NCBI GenBank assembly: GCA_002507175.1
Contig: DAZE01000017.1
Location: 68,303 to 132,302 of the forward strand
Direction of reading: 5' to 3'
Length of the DNA stretch: 64,000 nucleotides
Source of the DNA: Euryarchaeota archaeon UBA558
GTDB taxonomy: Archaea > Thermoplasmatota > Poseidoniia > Poseidoniales > Thalassarchaeaceae
The notes beneath the pieces were generated by a model that was not told where the DNA came from, did no database searches, and saw nothing but the letters and a program-made list of their open reading frames with translations. Positions 40,350 through 49,152 of the stretch are shown here, one piece after another. The position numbers and the translations under genes are program-made. Numbering within the stretch: position 1 is the first letter of the stretch; every line of letters starts with the position of its first letter.

Positions 40350-40625
40350 CTAAGCTTCGAATCCGTGCCCAGGATCGTCGTCTCGTAGGGTCCATACACA
40401 AATTTCGTATCTTCCCGAAAGCGCGCCACCCCGCTTGGTCGTTGCAATCTTTCGAATATCCTTGTCCTTCGAGAGGACATTGCCCAGTTGTTGTGGAGTT
40501 GTCCCATGGCGCATGGTTGAATTCACATGCTCAAGGATCTCAGTTGTGTTTGCTTGTCCTCTTTCATTTAGGAATTTCTTTATTTTTTCTCTGAGTCTTG
40601 TTGTTCGCAATTTCCGCACCTCCAT
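40350..40625 (-). CDS. Small basic winged-helix protein (DUF3860-like)
   Basis: RLREKIKKFL...NTTEILEHVN...HGTTPQQLGNVLSKDKDI...YEICVW, a recalled marine-archaeal DUF3860 pattern. Confidence 0.6.
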   Translation of the reverse strand: MEVRKLRTTRLREKIKKFLNERGQANTTEILEHVNSTMRHGTTPQQLGNVLSKDKDIRKIATTKRGGALSGRYEICVWTLRDDDPGHGFEA

Positions 40626-40910
40626 GTTTAACGCGATTTAGAAAAGGCCTGATTCACACTCATTAAGCAGTTACCATGCCCCGTCCTCGTTGGCGTTGAT
40701 TCTCAGGACTGTTGACTCAAATATAACGCTTCTCAATTTAGTTCGCTTTTTCGTTACATAAAGTTGCAGGTTGCACGACCAAAAGAACTAGATAAACCCA
40801 AAGATGGTCTTATAAAAGAAGAATTCTAGTAGAAATATGTAATATAATATAACTAAAATAATATTTTTATATAAGATATGTTTAACTAGAACTGTTAAAA
40901 TTGACAGAGG

Positions 40911-43451
40911 GTGTCAGGTTTGGATAAATCATCTAACAGCGACCCCTCATTCGACCCTCAAAGAATACGGGGACTTCATCGGAGGAGAGTGCTCTCATCA
41001 CTATCCAAGTCGGATATGACCGTTGCAGAAATTTCTCGCTTCACTAACCTAAGAATGCCGCATGTGTCGGCAGAACTAAGAAGGCTCAGGCGTGAAAAAT
41101 TCGTCGATAGTGCTTCCATAGCTGGTACGAGGGGGGCGTCAATCTACCTTACGCCCTCGGGGAGGAAAGCTGTCATAGAGGACATAATTCATAGAGCCCA
41201 GTCTTGTCTGCCAATCCCCTCGACAAAAAGCGATATCTGTTTGATATTCAGGGATAGAGATCGACTGGTGTTGGCATCAACTGTCGTATTCAATCAATTA
41301 ACGATCGCTATACCTGACAGGCAACCTACAAGAGATTATTCCAGTGGAAATCAAGGGGCCCATTGGGTACTCGCCGAGGTAGATAATCGTGATGGTCTAT
41401 GGATTAATCCGCACACTGGAAAAATAGCAGAAATGCCAGACGTTCAATTGAACCCAAATTCCATTGAATCCTTTTCCGAAGGAGATCGCCCAGTCTACGT
41501 ATTTGAAGCTAGGATGATTGGTGAAAAAAGACCCATATCACTGGCACCAGGCACATGGTTCACACCAAGATACAACGAAGTAAAACATCCATTCCATCCA
41601 CAACCAGGATTTAATCTCAGAATAGGGACACTTCATGAAGATGTTAGCCCCGTTTACGCCCCAGATCTACTGATAATAGACATAGAAGGTCGCATGGGAC
41701 AATTGTTGATTGCCAGGACAATACCAGATGATTACCTAATGATATCGAGCATCCACGACAGCAAGAAAAATCCATCCAGCATACCAGAGGATGTTCTAGA
41801 CTGCTGGATAGAACTGGCCCATCCAAGGACTAAACCATCTGAGCTCAGAAGACGATCACAAGCGTTGAAGGATAGAATCCTTCTTAGGAGAAAGTCGAGA
41901 GTCCCTGAAGAGACCCTAAGGAGATTCAGGGCTGATTGGGGGAATTCCCAATTCGAAGAGAAGGAAACGGCATCTGAAACCATAAGTACGAAAGATCTTG
42001 GAATCAGAGCAAGGAAAGCCCTGATCAAATGGGTTTTGCAATCTAATGAGAATATTCCCGTTGCGATAGAAGTCGGTGATGACATACCTGAATATATGTT
42101 CAAACAGCTATTGAGGAACAGCGAAAGACGAATTATTCTCTCAAACAATGAGTATAAGGCCCAAGGAGTCGCCAAACTGAGCTCTGATACAACTAGGCCC
42201 CTTCCCTGGGCGAGGTATACCGATCAAAATGGCATTGAGACCCCGATACGCATCGATGACACAAAATTGAGCGTTGCGATAGTTGACTCCAGTCGCAAAA
42301 AAGAACCCTCGTTTTCTTCTATGTCGGTGGAACTTACGGTTTCTGAAGTGGAGGATGAATACATCTCACTTGCACTGAATGAAAAAAACGAACAAGACGA
42401 CTATTGGGCTAATTCGGTTGAATCAGACCATCCAGAAGCAGCCCTCATTGCTACCCCGAGAAAAATGAGATGGAATAGATGGAAGCGGATCAAAGGAAGA
42501 GTAGACCATAAGTGGATGGATCTAGTAAGGTTCGAGGATGTTCCAAACTCAGAGTTGCATGAATTCATCAAGATTTCAGATAAGAGAAAACTACCACTAT
42601 ATTCAGAAAAATTCTCAACCATGTTGAAAGATAATCCTAATTTTCCATATGAGGTCAGGCCCCTGGCACCCCCAGAAACTGCTTCATCAGGCGCAATTTG
42701 GATCGCCAGTCGACTCTTGGCTTCTGCGGCAGATGTATCCCCAGACATGACAGAAGATCTACGGGCTTGGGCAATACCCGCATGGTTATCCGATATACCT
42801 GATCGTTCTATTGATTCTCTTTCCGGAGCATATAAGATCTTAGAGGAAAAAGAAAAACAAGCCCTACTAGACAATGTACACAGCGCGGCGAGGGACAAAC
42901 CCAACTCGGATTTACACACATGGTCAAGGTTTGTTAGGGTGATCGAGGGCAATGGAAGGTTAACGCCCTCTTTTTCGGTAAAAATTGTCAGGCAAATACC
43001 CATGGAATGGTTTGCACCATTAGCTGAACAGATATTGTTGAACATGTTGAGGAACGAACAATGGTGGAATAATGCGGAGCTATGCAGCATCCCATGGGCA
43101 GCATTGGCTCTTCGACCTAGTGGGGAACCACATCATTTCCCAGGATCCGGTGACCTCAAACATCCAGGACCCTCTGATGATTTCTTGAATGCGTTGGAAG
43201 AGTCAATACGCTATGGTCCCGGAATAGAAATCTTGGATGAGGCCAGTTTAGCAAACATCCATGATCTCATTATGTCCTTGAGAAACGCTACAGAAGGACT
43301 ACCTCCTTACGTCGGTCGGACGCATCCATTGGTTGGTTGGTTAGCCCAACCTCTTCACAAATGGCCTGAAATCGCACATACTGACCTCACAGGAGGCGAT
43401 CCCCTTATCACTGCCAGGCTGCTGATCACAAGATCACGCATAATCGGATGA
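40911..43451 (+). CDS. Large hypothetical protein with N-terminal ArsR/MarR-like winged HTH
   Basis: RRRVLSSL...MTVAEISRFTNLRMPHVSAELRRL...IYLTPSG; the remaining ~750 aa are unrecognised. Confidence 0.65.
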   Translation: MSGLDKSSNSDPSFDPQRIRGLHRRRVLSSLSKSDMTVAEISRFTNLRMPHVSAELRRLRREKFVDSASIAGTRGASIYLTPSGRKAVIEDIIHRAQSCLPIPSTKSDICLIFRDRDRLVLASTVVFNQLTIAIPDRQPTRDYSSGNQGAHWVLAEVDNRDGLWINPHTGKIAEMPDVQLNPNSIESFSEGDRPVYVFEARMIGEKRPISLAPGTWFTPRYNEVKHPFHPQPGFNLRIGTLHEDVSPVYAPDLLIIDIEGRMGQLLIARTIPDDYLMISSIHDSKKNPSSIPEDVLDCWIELAHPRTKPSELRRRSQALKDRILLRRKSRVPEETLRRFRADWGNSQFEEKETASETISTKDLGIRARKALIKWVLQSNENIPVAIEVGDDIPEYMFKQLLRNSERRIILSNNEYKAQGVAKLSSDTTRPLPWARYTDQNGIETPIRIDDTKLSVAIVDSSRKKEPSFSSMSVELTVSEVEDEYISLALNEKNEQDDYWANSVESDHPEAALIATPRKMRWNRWKRIKGRVDHKWMDLVRFEDVPNSELHEFIKISDKRKLPLYSEKFSTMLKDNPNFPYEVRPLAPPETASSGAIWIASRLLASAADVSPDMTEDLRAWAIPAWLSDIPDRSIDSLSGAYKILEEKEKQALLDNVHSAARDKPNSDLHTWSRFVRVIEGNGRLTPSFSVKIVRQIPMEWFAPLAEQILLNMLRNEQWWNNAELCSIPWAALALRPSGEPHHFPGSGDLKHPGPSDDFLNALEESIRYGPGIEILDEASLANIHDLIMSLRNATEGLPPYVGRTHPLVGWLAQPLHKWPEIAHTDLTGGDPLITARLLITRSRIIG

Positions 43452-43499
43452 AAAGCCCTCGTCATAATTCCATGATTTCATAATCACCATCCTCTTTCC

Positions 43500-43782
43500 G
43501 ACTACTGCCCTGACGGCAACACCACGTTGACGAAGCCCCCACGCCGGAGGACTAGAATGAAACGTGGTACCACGTTTAGGGTGACCGGACGACGAAGACC
43601 GTTGTGACCTTTGGAATGATCAACGGAGCAATCGTACGGATGGATGATGATGGGTCCCCAGACGACTGCGGAATGACTCATGGGACAACCCCATCCTCCT
43701 ACAGACGTCCCGGGGTGGGTCAGGGCCCGGAGCCACCGTGATGATGGAGCCCGTTACGCCCCGGGGCACATCTTCCGTAGTC
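43500..43782 (+). ncRNA. Multi-hairpin box H/ACA guide sRNA (four K-turn/K-loop hairpins)
   Basis: GC-rich intergenic region with four stem-loops, each containing tandem GA/GA pairs and a 3-nt bulge. ACA boxes at 43701 and 43768 lie 14-16 nt 3' of the pockets. The hairpin-4 pocket (GGGTCA / GTTAC) complements 23S helix 69 GUAAC-UA-UGACCC. Termini GACTAC/GTAGTC can pair. Confidence 0.78.
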
Positions 43783-43812
43783 CTCAAGTTCAGTGCCCTC
43801 CATGCAAGGGTC

Positions 43813-44829
43813 ATGTACCAACACGGCCTGATGGGTGGCACCTTTGATCGGGTCCATGCCGGCCATTTGCGACTCATAAGGGAGGCATTTAGAAATTGCA
43901 AATTTCTGGAGATCTGGATCACTAGTGATAAAATTGCCCAAAAAAAGGACTGGAGATGTTGGTCAGAGGGGAAAAGGAAAGCCACAATCAAAGAGAGTCT
44001 TACTCAACAACAACTCGGTAGAATGACCTTTGGCACTCTAGAAGACCCAATAGGGCCCGCTATCGATCACCCTCGCGCCGACGTTATTTTTTGCACTAGT
44101 GACACTGCAAACAGTTGCGAACAAATCAATACAATTCGCGCCGAAGATGGAATCAAGCCATTGGATGTAATTGTCGTAGAACATGAGAAAGGCGAGGATG
44201 GGACACTGATCTCAAGCTCAAAAATAAGGGATGGGTTGATTGATCAGACTGGTACGCGATACATAACAAGAGATACTTTACAATCCACCAGGATCATGAC
44301 AGATGAAGTTCAATCTCTCCTGAGAGACCCGTTTGGGAAACTTCACCATGGCCCGGAGGAAGATCCGACCTTGGCATTGAGATCTGCACTTGTAGAGTTG
44401 AATGGTAGGGAACCAATTGTTTCTGTCGGGGACGTCACTACATGGGGCTTGTTGAAAATTGGAATGACTCCAGATATCGCGATTGTGGATGGGATGACCA
44501 AACGCAGCCCCTGGAATCTAGCCGATGAAATAGATAGAATGAGGTTTGATGAGGTAATAGAAGTGAAAAATCCAGCCGGTTCAATAACATCAGATTTGTT
44601 TCGTGCCTGTGATACCGCGGTGAGCCATCTTAGGTCGGGAAGGAGCAGTATTGTGATAGTCGATGGGGAAGAAGACCTTGCTCCAATCCCCCTACATTTG
44701 ATGTTGCCACTTGGGACGATGGTTCTGTATGGCCAACCGAATAAAGGGATAGTGGCAAGGGTCACTGATTTAATGGCGAAGGAAAACTGCAGGAATATCA
44801 TCAGTCAAATGGCGAGAACGTTCGAGTGA
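43813..44829 (+). CDS. coaD: Phosphopantetheine adenylyltransferase fused to GTP-dependent dephospho-CoA kinase (DUF359)
   Basis: GGTFDRVHAGH and ISSSKIR (PPAT); SVGDVT, VDGMTKR, NPAGSIT, VDGEEDLA and LYGQP (DPCK). Confidence 0.9.
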   Translation: MYQHGLMGGTFDRVHAGHLRLIREAFRNCKFLEIWITSDKIAQKKDWRCWSEGKRKATIKESLTQQQLGRMTFGTLEDPIGPAIDHPRADVIFCTSDTANSCEQINTIRAEDGIKPLDVIVVEHEKGEDGTLISSSKIRDGLIDQTGTRYITRDTLQSTRIMTDEVQSLLRDPFGKLHHGPEEDPTLALRSALVELNGREPIVSVGDVTTWGLLKIGMTPDIAIVDGMTKRSPWNLADEIDRMRFDEVIEVKNPAGSITSDLFRACDTAVSHLRSGRSSIVIVDGEEDLAPIPLHLMLPLGTMVLYGQPNKGIVARVTDLMAKENCRNIISQMARTFE

Positions 44830-44836
44830 TAGAACA

Positions 44837-45355
44837 TCATTCACTCGAATCATTTAGGGCTTCCATACCAAGCCCTCCCACTATCATAACCATGCATACG
44901 GAGTAAATTCCAGGATCAACCCAAGTGGTGTAAATCATTGACCAGATAATGTACAACACAAAACCACCTACAACCATCCAGTTTGATAATATTTGACTGA
45001 CGCTCCCACTCGCATCCATCATTTTTACCGGCCTTTGAATTACCGACTGGATGAAGTTGTCCATGCTTATGGTTGATTGAATACCTTTAGTCCCAATGAA
45101 TATCAACAGGGTGGACAGTGCTATTGCCACGATGTCGCCCGAGTTCAACGAGATTGAGGTGTGCTCAGAATATGCATCAGCCAGGGTCGAACCTGAAAAG
45201 AAACCCAACCATTCAATCTTCTGACCCGGGGCAAATGCCCCGACTAGTATGTTTATCACCGAAACAAGCGATAGCCAAAGCCCCGCGCAGAAGGACAAGA
45301 TCGACAGGAAACCACTAGGTCTGGTGACTTCACCCTTCCATGAACCTTCAGACAT
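44837..45355 (-). CDS. Hypothetical membrane protein (4 TM)
   Basis: Four hydrophobic helices and a WVDPGIYS motif. Confidence 0.65.
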   Translation of the reverse strand: MSEGSWKGEVTRPSGFLSILSFCAGLWLSLVSVINILVGAFAPGQKIEWLGFFSGSTLADAYSEHTSISLNSGDIVAIALSTLLIFIGTKGIQSTISMDNFIQSVIQRPVKMMDASGSVSQILSNWMVVGGFVLYIIWSMIYTTWVDPGIYSVCMVMIVGGLGMEALNDSSE

Positions 45356-45409
45356 TGGTCCCGCCCAACAAAGGCCTCTGTTTAATCGTTACCGGAATGA
45401 AGATGATAA

Positions 45410-46675
45410 TCAAAGGGGTCTTTGAAGTCGGTATTTTGATTTGGACGCTTCCTCAATCATAGGTTCAGAATCCCTCATTTCGGCCATAACATCTAGTGAT
45501 TCAGGTATGGCAGAATTAATCTGTTTGCTCCTCCCACCCCGTCCTTTGCTAACATTTCTAGCGATGATGATACCAAGGCTGTCCAACTCGTTCAACAAAG
45601 AGGAGATCCTTCTTGGGGTGAGCGGTTCGATCATTATCCTCATGCAAACCTCAGTGTAAGTTCTATAGATCTCACCGGTTGAAATATTCTTCAGACCGTT
45701 TTCTTCGTTTATGCAGATTGAAAATAACAATATCTTTTGTTGCAGCGGTAGAGTTCGCAAGACTGGTGTGAGTTGATCATGTTCGAGTTGGCTCTGGGCC
45801 AAACGGACGTGGCCCCTATCAACCAGTTCATGACCCATTTGCTGGGCTTTTTTGACAGCAATCCTCAGTAAATCTAACGCTCTTCGTGCATCTCCATGCT
45901 CCTGAGCAGCTAGGGCTGAACAAAGTCCGACGACACTCTGATCCAAGACGCCGTCACGAATGCCATGGCGCACTCTTTCCTGCAATATGTCATTGATTTG
46001 ATTGGCTCCATACGGATGGAATACAAGATCGATTTGAGCAAGCCTTGAGGCAACCTGGGGCGTGAGCATCTTAGTGAAATGAAGATCGTTGCTGATTCCT
46101 ATAATGCAGCACTTCGAAGACTCGAGTTCGAGATTTAAGTTCGAAAGGCTGTAGATTATCGAGTCACCGACTTTGGCGACTAGGTGATCTATCTCATCCA
46201 GCACTATCACATGTATCCCCCCTCTCCTATCCATCCTTCTTCGAAACTCTTCCAGTACTTTGTCAGTGGGCCATCCGGTGAATGGAATCTTTATGTCTCC
46301 GGCACGTTCTAAGCGATTTGCTAGGCCCTGGATAACTCGGTATTTTGTATCCACAGTCCTGCAGTTTATTGTGTAGGCCTTGACTGCTGTTCCATTAGAT
46401 TTCCCTTTACTTTTCAGTTGTTTAAGAACGGTCTTCGTGACTATTGTCTTTCCCGATCCGGGTACCCCATAGAGAAGCATGTTTGAGGGTATGTGCCCTC
46501 TCAAGGCTTCAACCAAGTTTTCTCCGAGTCCCCTGACTTCCTTCTCCCTGTGCGGAAGACTGTCAGGCTCAAAGCCGTGTTCGAATGCCTGACGGTCTAC
46601 GAAAAGTGAATCTGATTCTATTAACGAGTCGAAGATGTTCTCTCTCATTTTCGTTTCGACCTCGTTTTTTTTCAT
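45410..46675 (-). CDS. cdc6: Cdc6/Orc1 replication initiator
   Basis: PHRE, YGVPGSGKT, INC, VLDEID, GISND, GDARRALDLLR and a C-terminal wHTH (ELDSLGII...KGRGGR). Confidence 0.95.
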   Translation of the reverse strand: MKKNEVETKMRENIFDSLIESDSLFVDRQAFEHGFEPDSLPHREKEVRGLGENLVEALRGHIPSNMLLYGVPGSGKTIVTKTVLKQLKSKGKSNGTAVKAYTINCRTVDTKYRVIQGLANRLERAGDIKIPFTGWPTDKVLEEFRRRMDRRGGIHVIVLDEIDHLVAKVGDSIIYSLSNLNLELESSKCCIIGISNDLHFTKMLTPQVASRLAQIDLVFHPYGANQINDILQERVRHGIRDGVLDQSVVGLCSALAAQEHGDARRALDLLRIAVKKAQQMGHELVDRGHVRLAQSQLEHDQLTPVLRTLPLQQKILLFSICINEENGLKNISTGEIYRTYTEVCMRIMIEPLTPRRISSLLNELDSLGIIIARNVSKGRGGRSKQINSAIPESLDVMAEMRDSEPMIEEASKSKYRLQRPL

Positions 46676-46919
46676 CTGACTAGCATGTTCGCTGTTGAAC
46701 CTCGACAGCCCAAATGCGCAGGATTCCCGCGACGGACTTATTGATAATAAACGTCGCCTTCAACTTGACCAAACAAAGGTTGATTTTACGCAACATTATT
46801 GATATAAACGAACCACGTAAATTTACTCATACTAGCACTTTTTTATCTATTTTCAAATCTTGATTTGCTGATTCTATGATGAGAAAGCCGAACAACATCT
46901 GGGGTATATTTCTGAGATA

Positions 46920-47711
46920 CTAACCCCTCCTAATTTCAAAAGATCCATCCTCATTCACGACCATGTAGTCACCATCCTCTAATTGATGTACATTGGTGGG
47001 CAAATCCGGCTTCAGGAAGCCAGAATCCCTACCCACCCCGGAGGCAAAGTTATGGGTCACCAGAATTTTCTTTTCAGGATGCCTCTTGCTAAATGATGCG
47101 ATGTCGGAGGGTGTATGGTGGTAAGGGAAATTCCCAATATCTGGCATTCCCATCTCCAAAAGAATGGCATCAGATGAATGAGCACGACTCTCGATTTCAT
47201 CACATGGGCCAGAATCGCCGCAATGCAATAGTCTGAAACCACTCTTATGAGTTAAGACATACCCATGGGGATCCGTTTCTGGGGTGTGATGAACAGGGAA
47301 TCTTGCAAAGTCCCAACTACTATTCCCCAAGGAAAGAGATTCACTTGTTTCCCATTCGAATTGATTTTTTACGTATTGGCTAAGGTCGCCCGGGAAACCG
47401 ATCTCGCAGAGATTTACCAAAATGGATTGGCCACCCGGCCTGAGATATATCGTCAAATTACATTCATTCAAACGATCTGAAATGTATCTCCTATCTAACA
47501 TGAAGAACGGAATTCCGAAAATATGATCACCATGCCAATGCGTTATCAACACATGGTTTATGTCTGAAGCATCAAGTCCTATCGACCTCAGTTGAGGCAG
47601 TACTGTCGGGGGAAGATCGACAAGGATATTTCGATCGATACACAAACAGGCATGGAGCCTTCCTGGGGGCGCAAAAGCATTCCCAGTCCCTATGAAGTCG
47701 ATACGACTCAT
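46920..47711 (-). CDS. MBL-fold metallohydrolase (RNase Z-like)
   Basis: GTG, ITHWHGDH, GDS, H and THN. Start moved to ATG 47711. Confidence 0.8.
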   Translation of the reverse strand: MSRIDFIGTGNAFAPPGRLHACLCIDRNILVDLPPTVLPQLRSIGLDASDINHVLITHWHGDHIFGIPFFMLDRRYISDRLNECNLTIYLRPGGQSILVNLCEIGFPGDLSQYVKNQFEWETSESLSLGNSSWDFARFPVHHTPETDPHGYVLTHKSGFRLLHCGDSGPCDEIESRAHSSDAILLEMGMPDIGNFPYHHTPSDIASFSKRHPEKKILVTHNFASGVGRDSGFLKPDLPTNVHQLEDGDYMVVNEDGSFEIRRG

Positions 47712-47814
47712 GCACCCACGAAGGGGTCTGGTGGCTTGACAACTTCGCTCAACATTTTTCTCTTTATCCAGCGATTTTGATAAGGGGCCACCAACACAGA
47801 AGTCTCGTAGGGGA

Positions 47815-49101
47815 ATGTCCGAGATGTCAGACTGGAGCGCGAAAAATCCATACACTTCCAACCTAACTCAAAATTTCGTGTTGAATGGAGAGGGTTCGGG
47901 GAAGGAAACTCGACACATAGTTTTCAATTTGGGAGACTCAGGTTTAGAATACAAAGCTGGAGATGCACTGGGGGTTATTCCGGTATCTCCGCCTGAACTG
48001 GTAAATGATCTTCTGGAAGCAACTGGCTTTGATGGCTCGGAAACTGTCGAGACTCACCTCGGTGAGATGGAACTAAAAAATGCCCTGACATCAGCGTATG
48101 AGATCCACAGACTTTCAAAAAAGTGGGTTAGGAACCTTGGAGCCCGGTTAACTACCGATGTCGAGATAGGGATAAGAATCGTGTCAAGAACCAGATCATC
48201 AACCGATGATGGGAGGATCCTGATTGAGTGGAACGGATCAGGATTAGATGGAGATATGCCGAACGACTACGAAGTGATTGGCAAAGCCACTGACCCAGCG
48301 ACAGAGCTGTGGAACGTCTTGAGCGAAGACGATGATGCCATGGAAGATTACATCTGGAGCCGAGACTACATAGACGCAATGAATGACTTTGGCCAAATCA
48401 TAACAACACCACAACAACTTGTGGAAGGCATGGACAGGCTAAAGCCCAGACTCTATTCAATCGCCAGTAGCCCAGAACATGAACCCGGTACGGTGCATCT
48501 TACTGTGGGAATTGTCAGATACAGCCATCATGATAGAGATCGAACTGGGCTCGCCACGGGTTTTCTTGCTGATCGTTGCGATGTCGGCGAATCTAACATT
48601 GGGATATTTATGTCCCCAACCAGATCATTCGTCTTGCCAAAGGACAAATCAACAGATGTCATCATGGTGGGCCCGGGTACTGGAATTGCACCTTTCCGGG
48701 CCTATCTTCAGCAAAGAGACCTCGATGGTGCGACTGGAAGGAATTGGTTATTCTTCGGCGATTGGACCGAGGAGGGAGAATACTACTACAAGGACGAAAT
48801 GGAGGACTGGAAAAATCGAGGAGTTCTAACTAAACATGACTTGGCTTGGTCCAGGGACGGGGATGAGAAAGTTTACGTCCAACATCTAATGAAAAAGAAT
48901 GGAGAAGAGATCTGGAATTGGATCGACGGAGGAGCATACTTCTATGTGTGTGGCGATAAATCTAGGATGGCAAAAGACGTGCACAAAACACTCATATCCA
49001 TTTGCGCTGAGCATGGTGGAATGTCCGAAGAAGATGCCCATGAGTTCGTAGAGACTAGGATGATGAGAACAGAAAAGAGATATCTCAGGGACGTATATTG
49101 A
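47815..49101 (+). CDS. CysJ/CPR-like FAD-NADPH oxidoreductase lacking the flavodoxin domain
   Basis: KETRHI, YKAGDALG, PRLYSIASS, GLATGFL, MVGPGTGIAPFR, WLFFG, KVYVQH, YVCGD and RYLRDVY. Confidence 0.85.
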   Translation: MSEMSDWSAKNPYTSNLTQNFVLNGEGSGKETRHIVFNLGDSGLEYKAGDALGVIPVSPPELVNDLLEATGFDGSETVETHLGEMELKNALTSAYEIHRLSKKWVRNLGARLTTDVEIGIRIVSRTRSSTDDGRILIEWNGSGLDGDMPNDYEVIGKATDPATELWNVLSEDDDAMEDYIWSRDYIDAMNDFGQIITTPQQLVEGMDRLKPRLYSIASSPEHEPGTVHLTVGIVRYSHHDRDRTGLATGFLADRCDVGESNIGIFMSPTRSFVLPKDKSTDVIMVGPGTGIAPFRAYLQQRDLDGATGRNWLFFGDWTEEGEYYYKDEMEDWKNRGVLTKHDLAWSRDGDEKVYVQHLMKKNGEEIWNWIDGGAYFYVCGDKSRMAKDVHKTLISICAEHGGMSEEDAHEFVETRMMRTEKRYLRDVY

Positions 49102-49152
49102 GACTCATCAGATCAGATGGACTCAAACGTAAACCGCCTCTCGCACAGGACG

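Noticed and set aside
43500-43782. RNase P RNA, SRP RNA or riboswitch identity for the structured intergenic RNA
   Set aside because: It lacks RNase P CR-I (GAGGAAAGUCC) and CR-V and the SRP helix-8 CAGG..GGAA..AGCAG motif. K-loops, pockets and ACA spacing fit H/ACA better.
43620-43991. Minus-strand ORFs and the 43738 N-terminal extension of coaD
   Set aside because: They overlap the ncRNA and coaD with no protein motifs. coaD homology begins at ATG 43813.
46676-46919. Canonical oriC next to cdc6
   Set aside because: No recognisable ORB or mini-ORB repeats; only the non-canonical direct repeat is reported.
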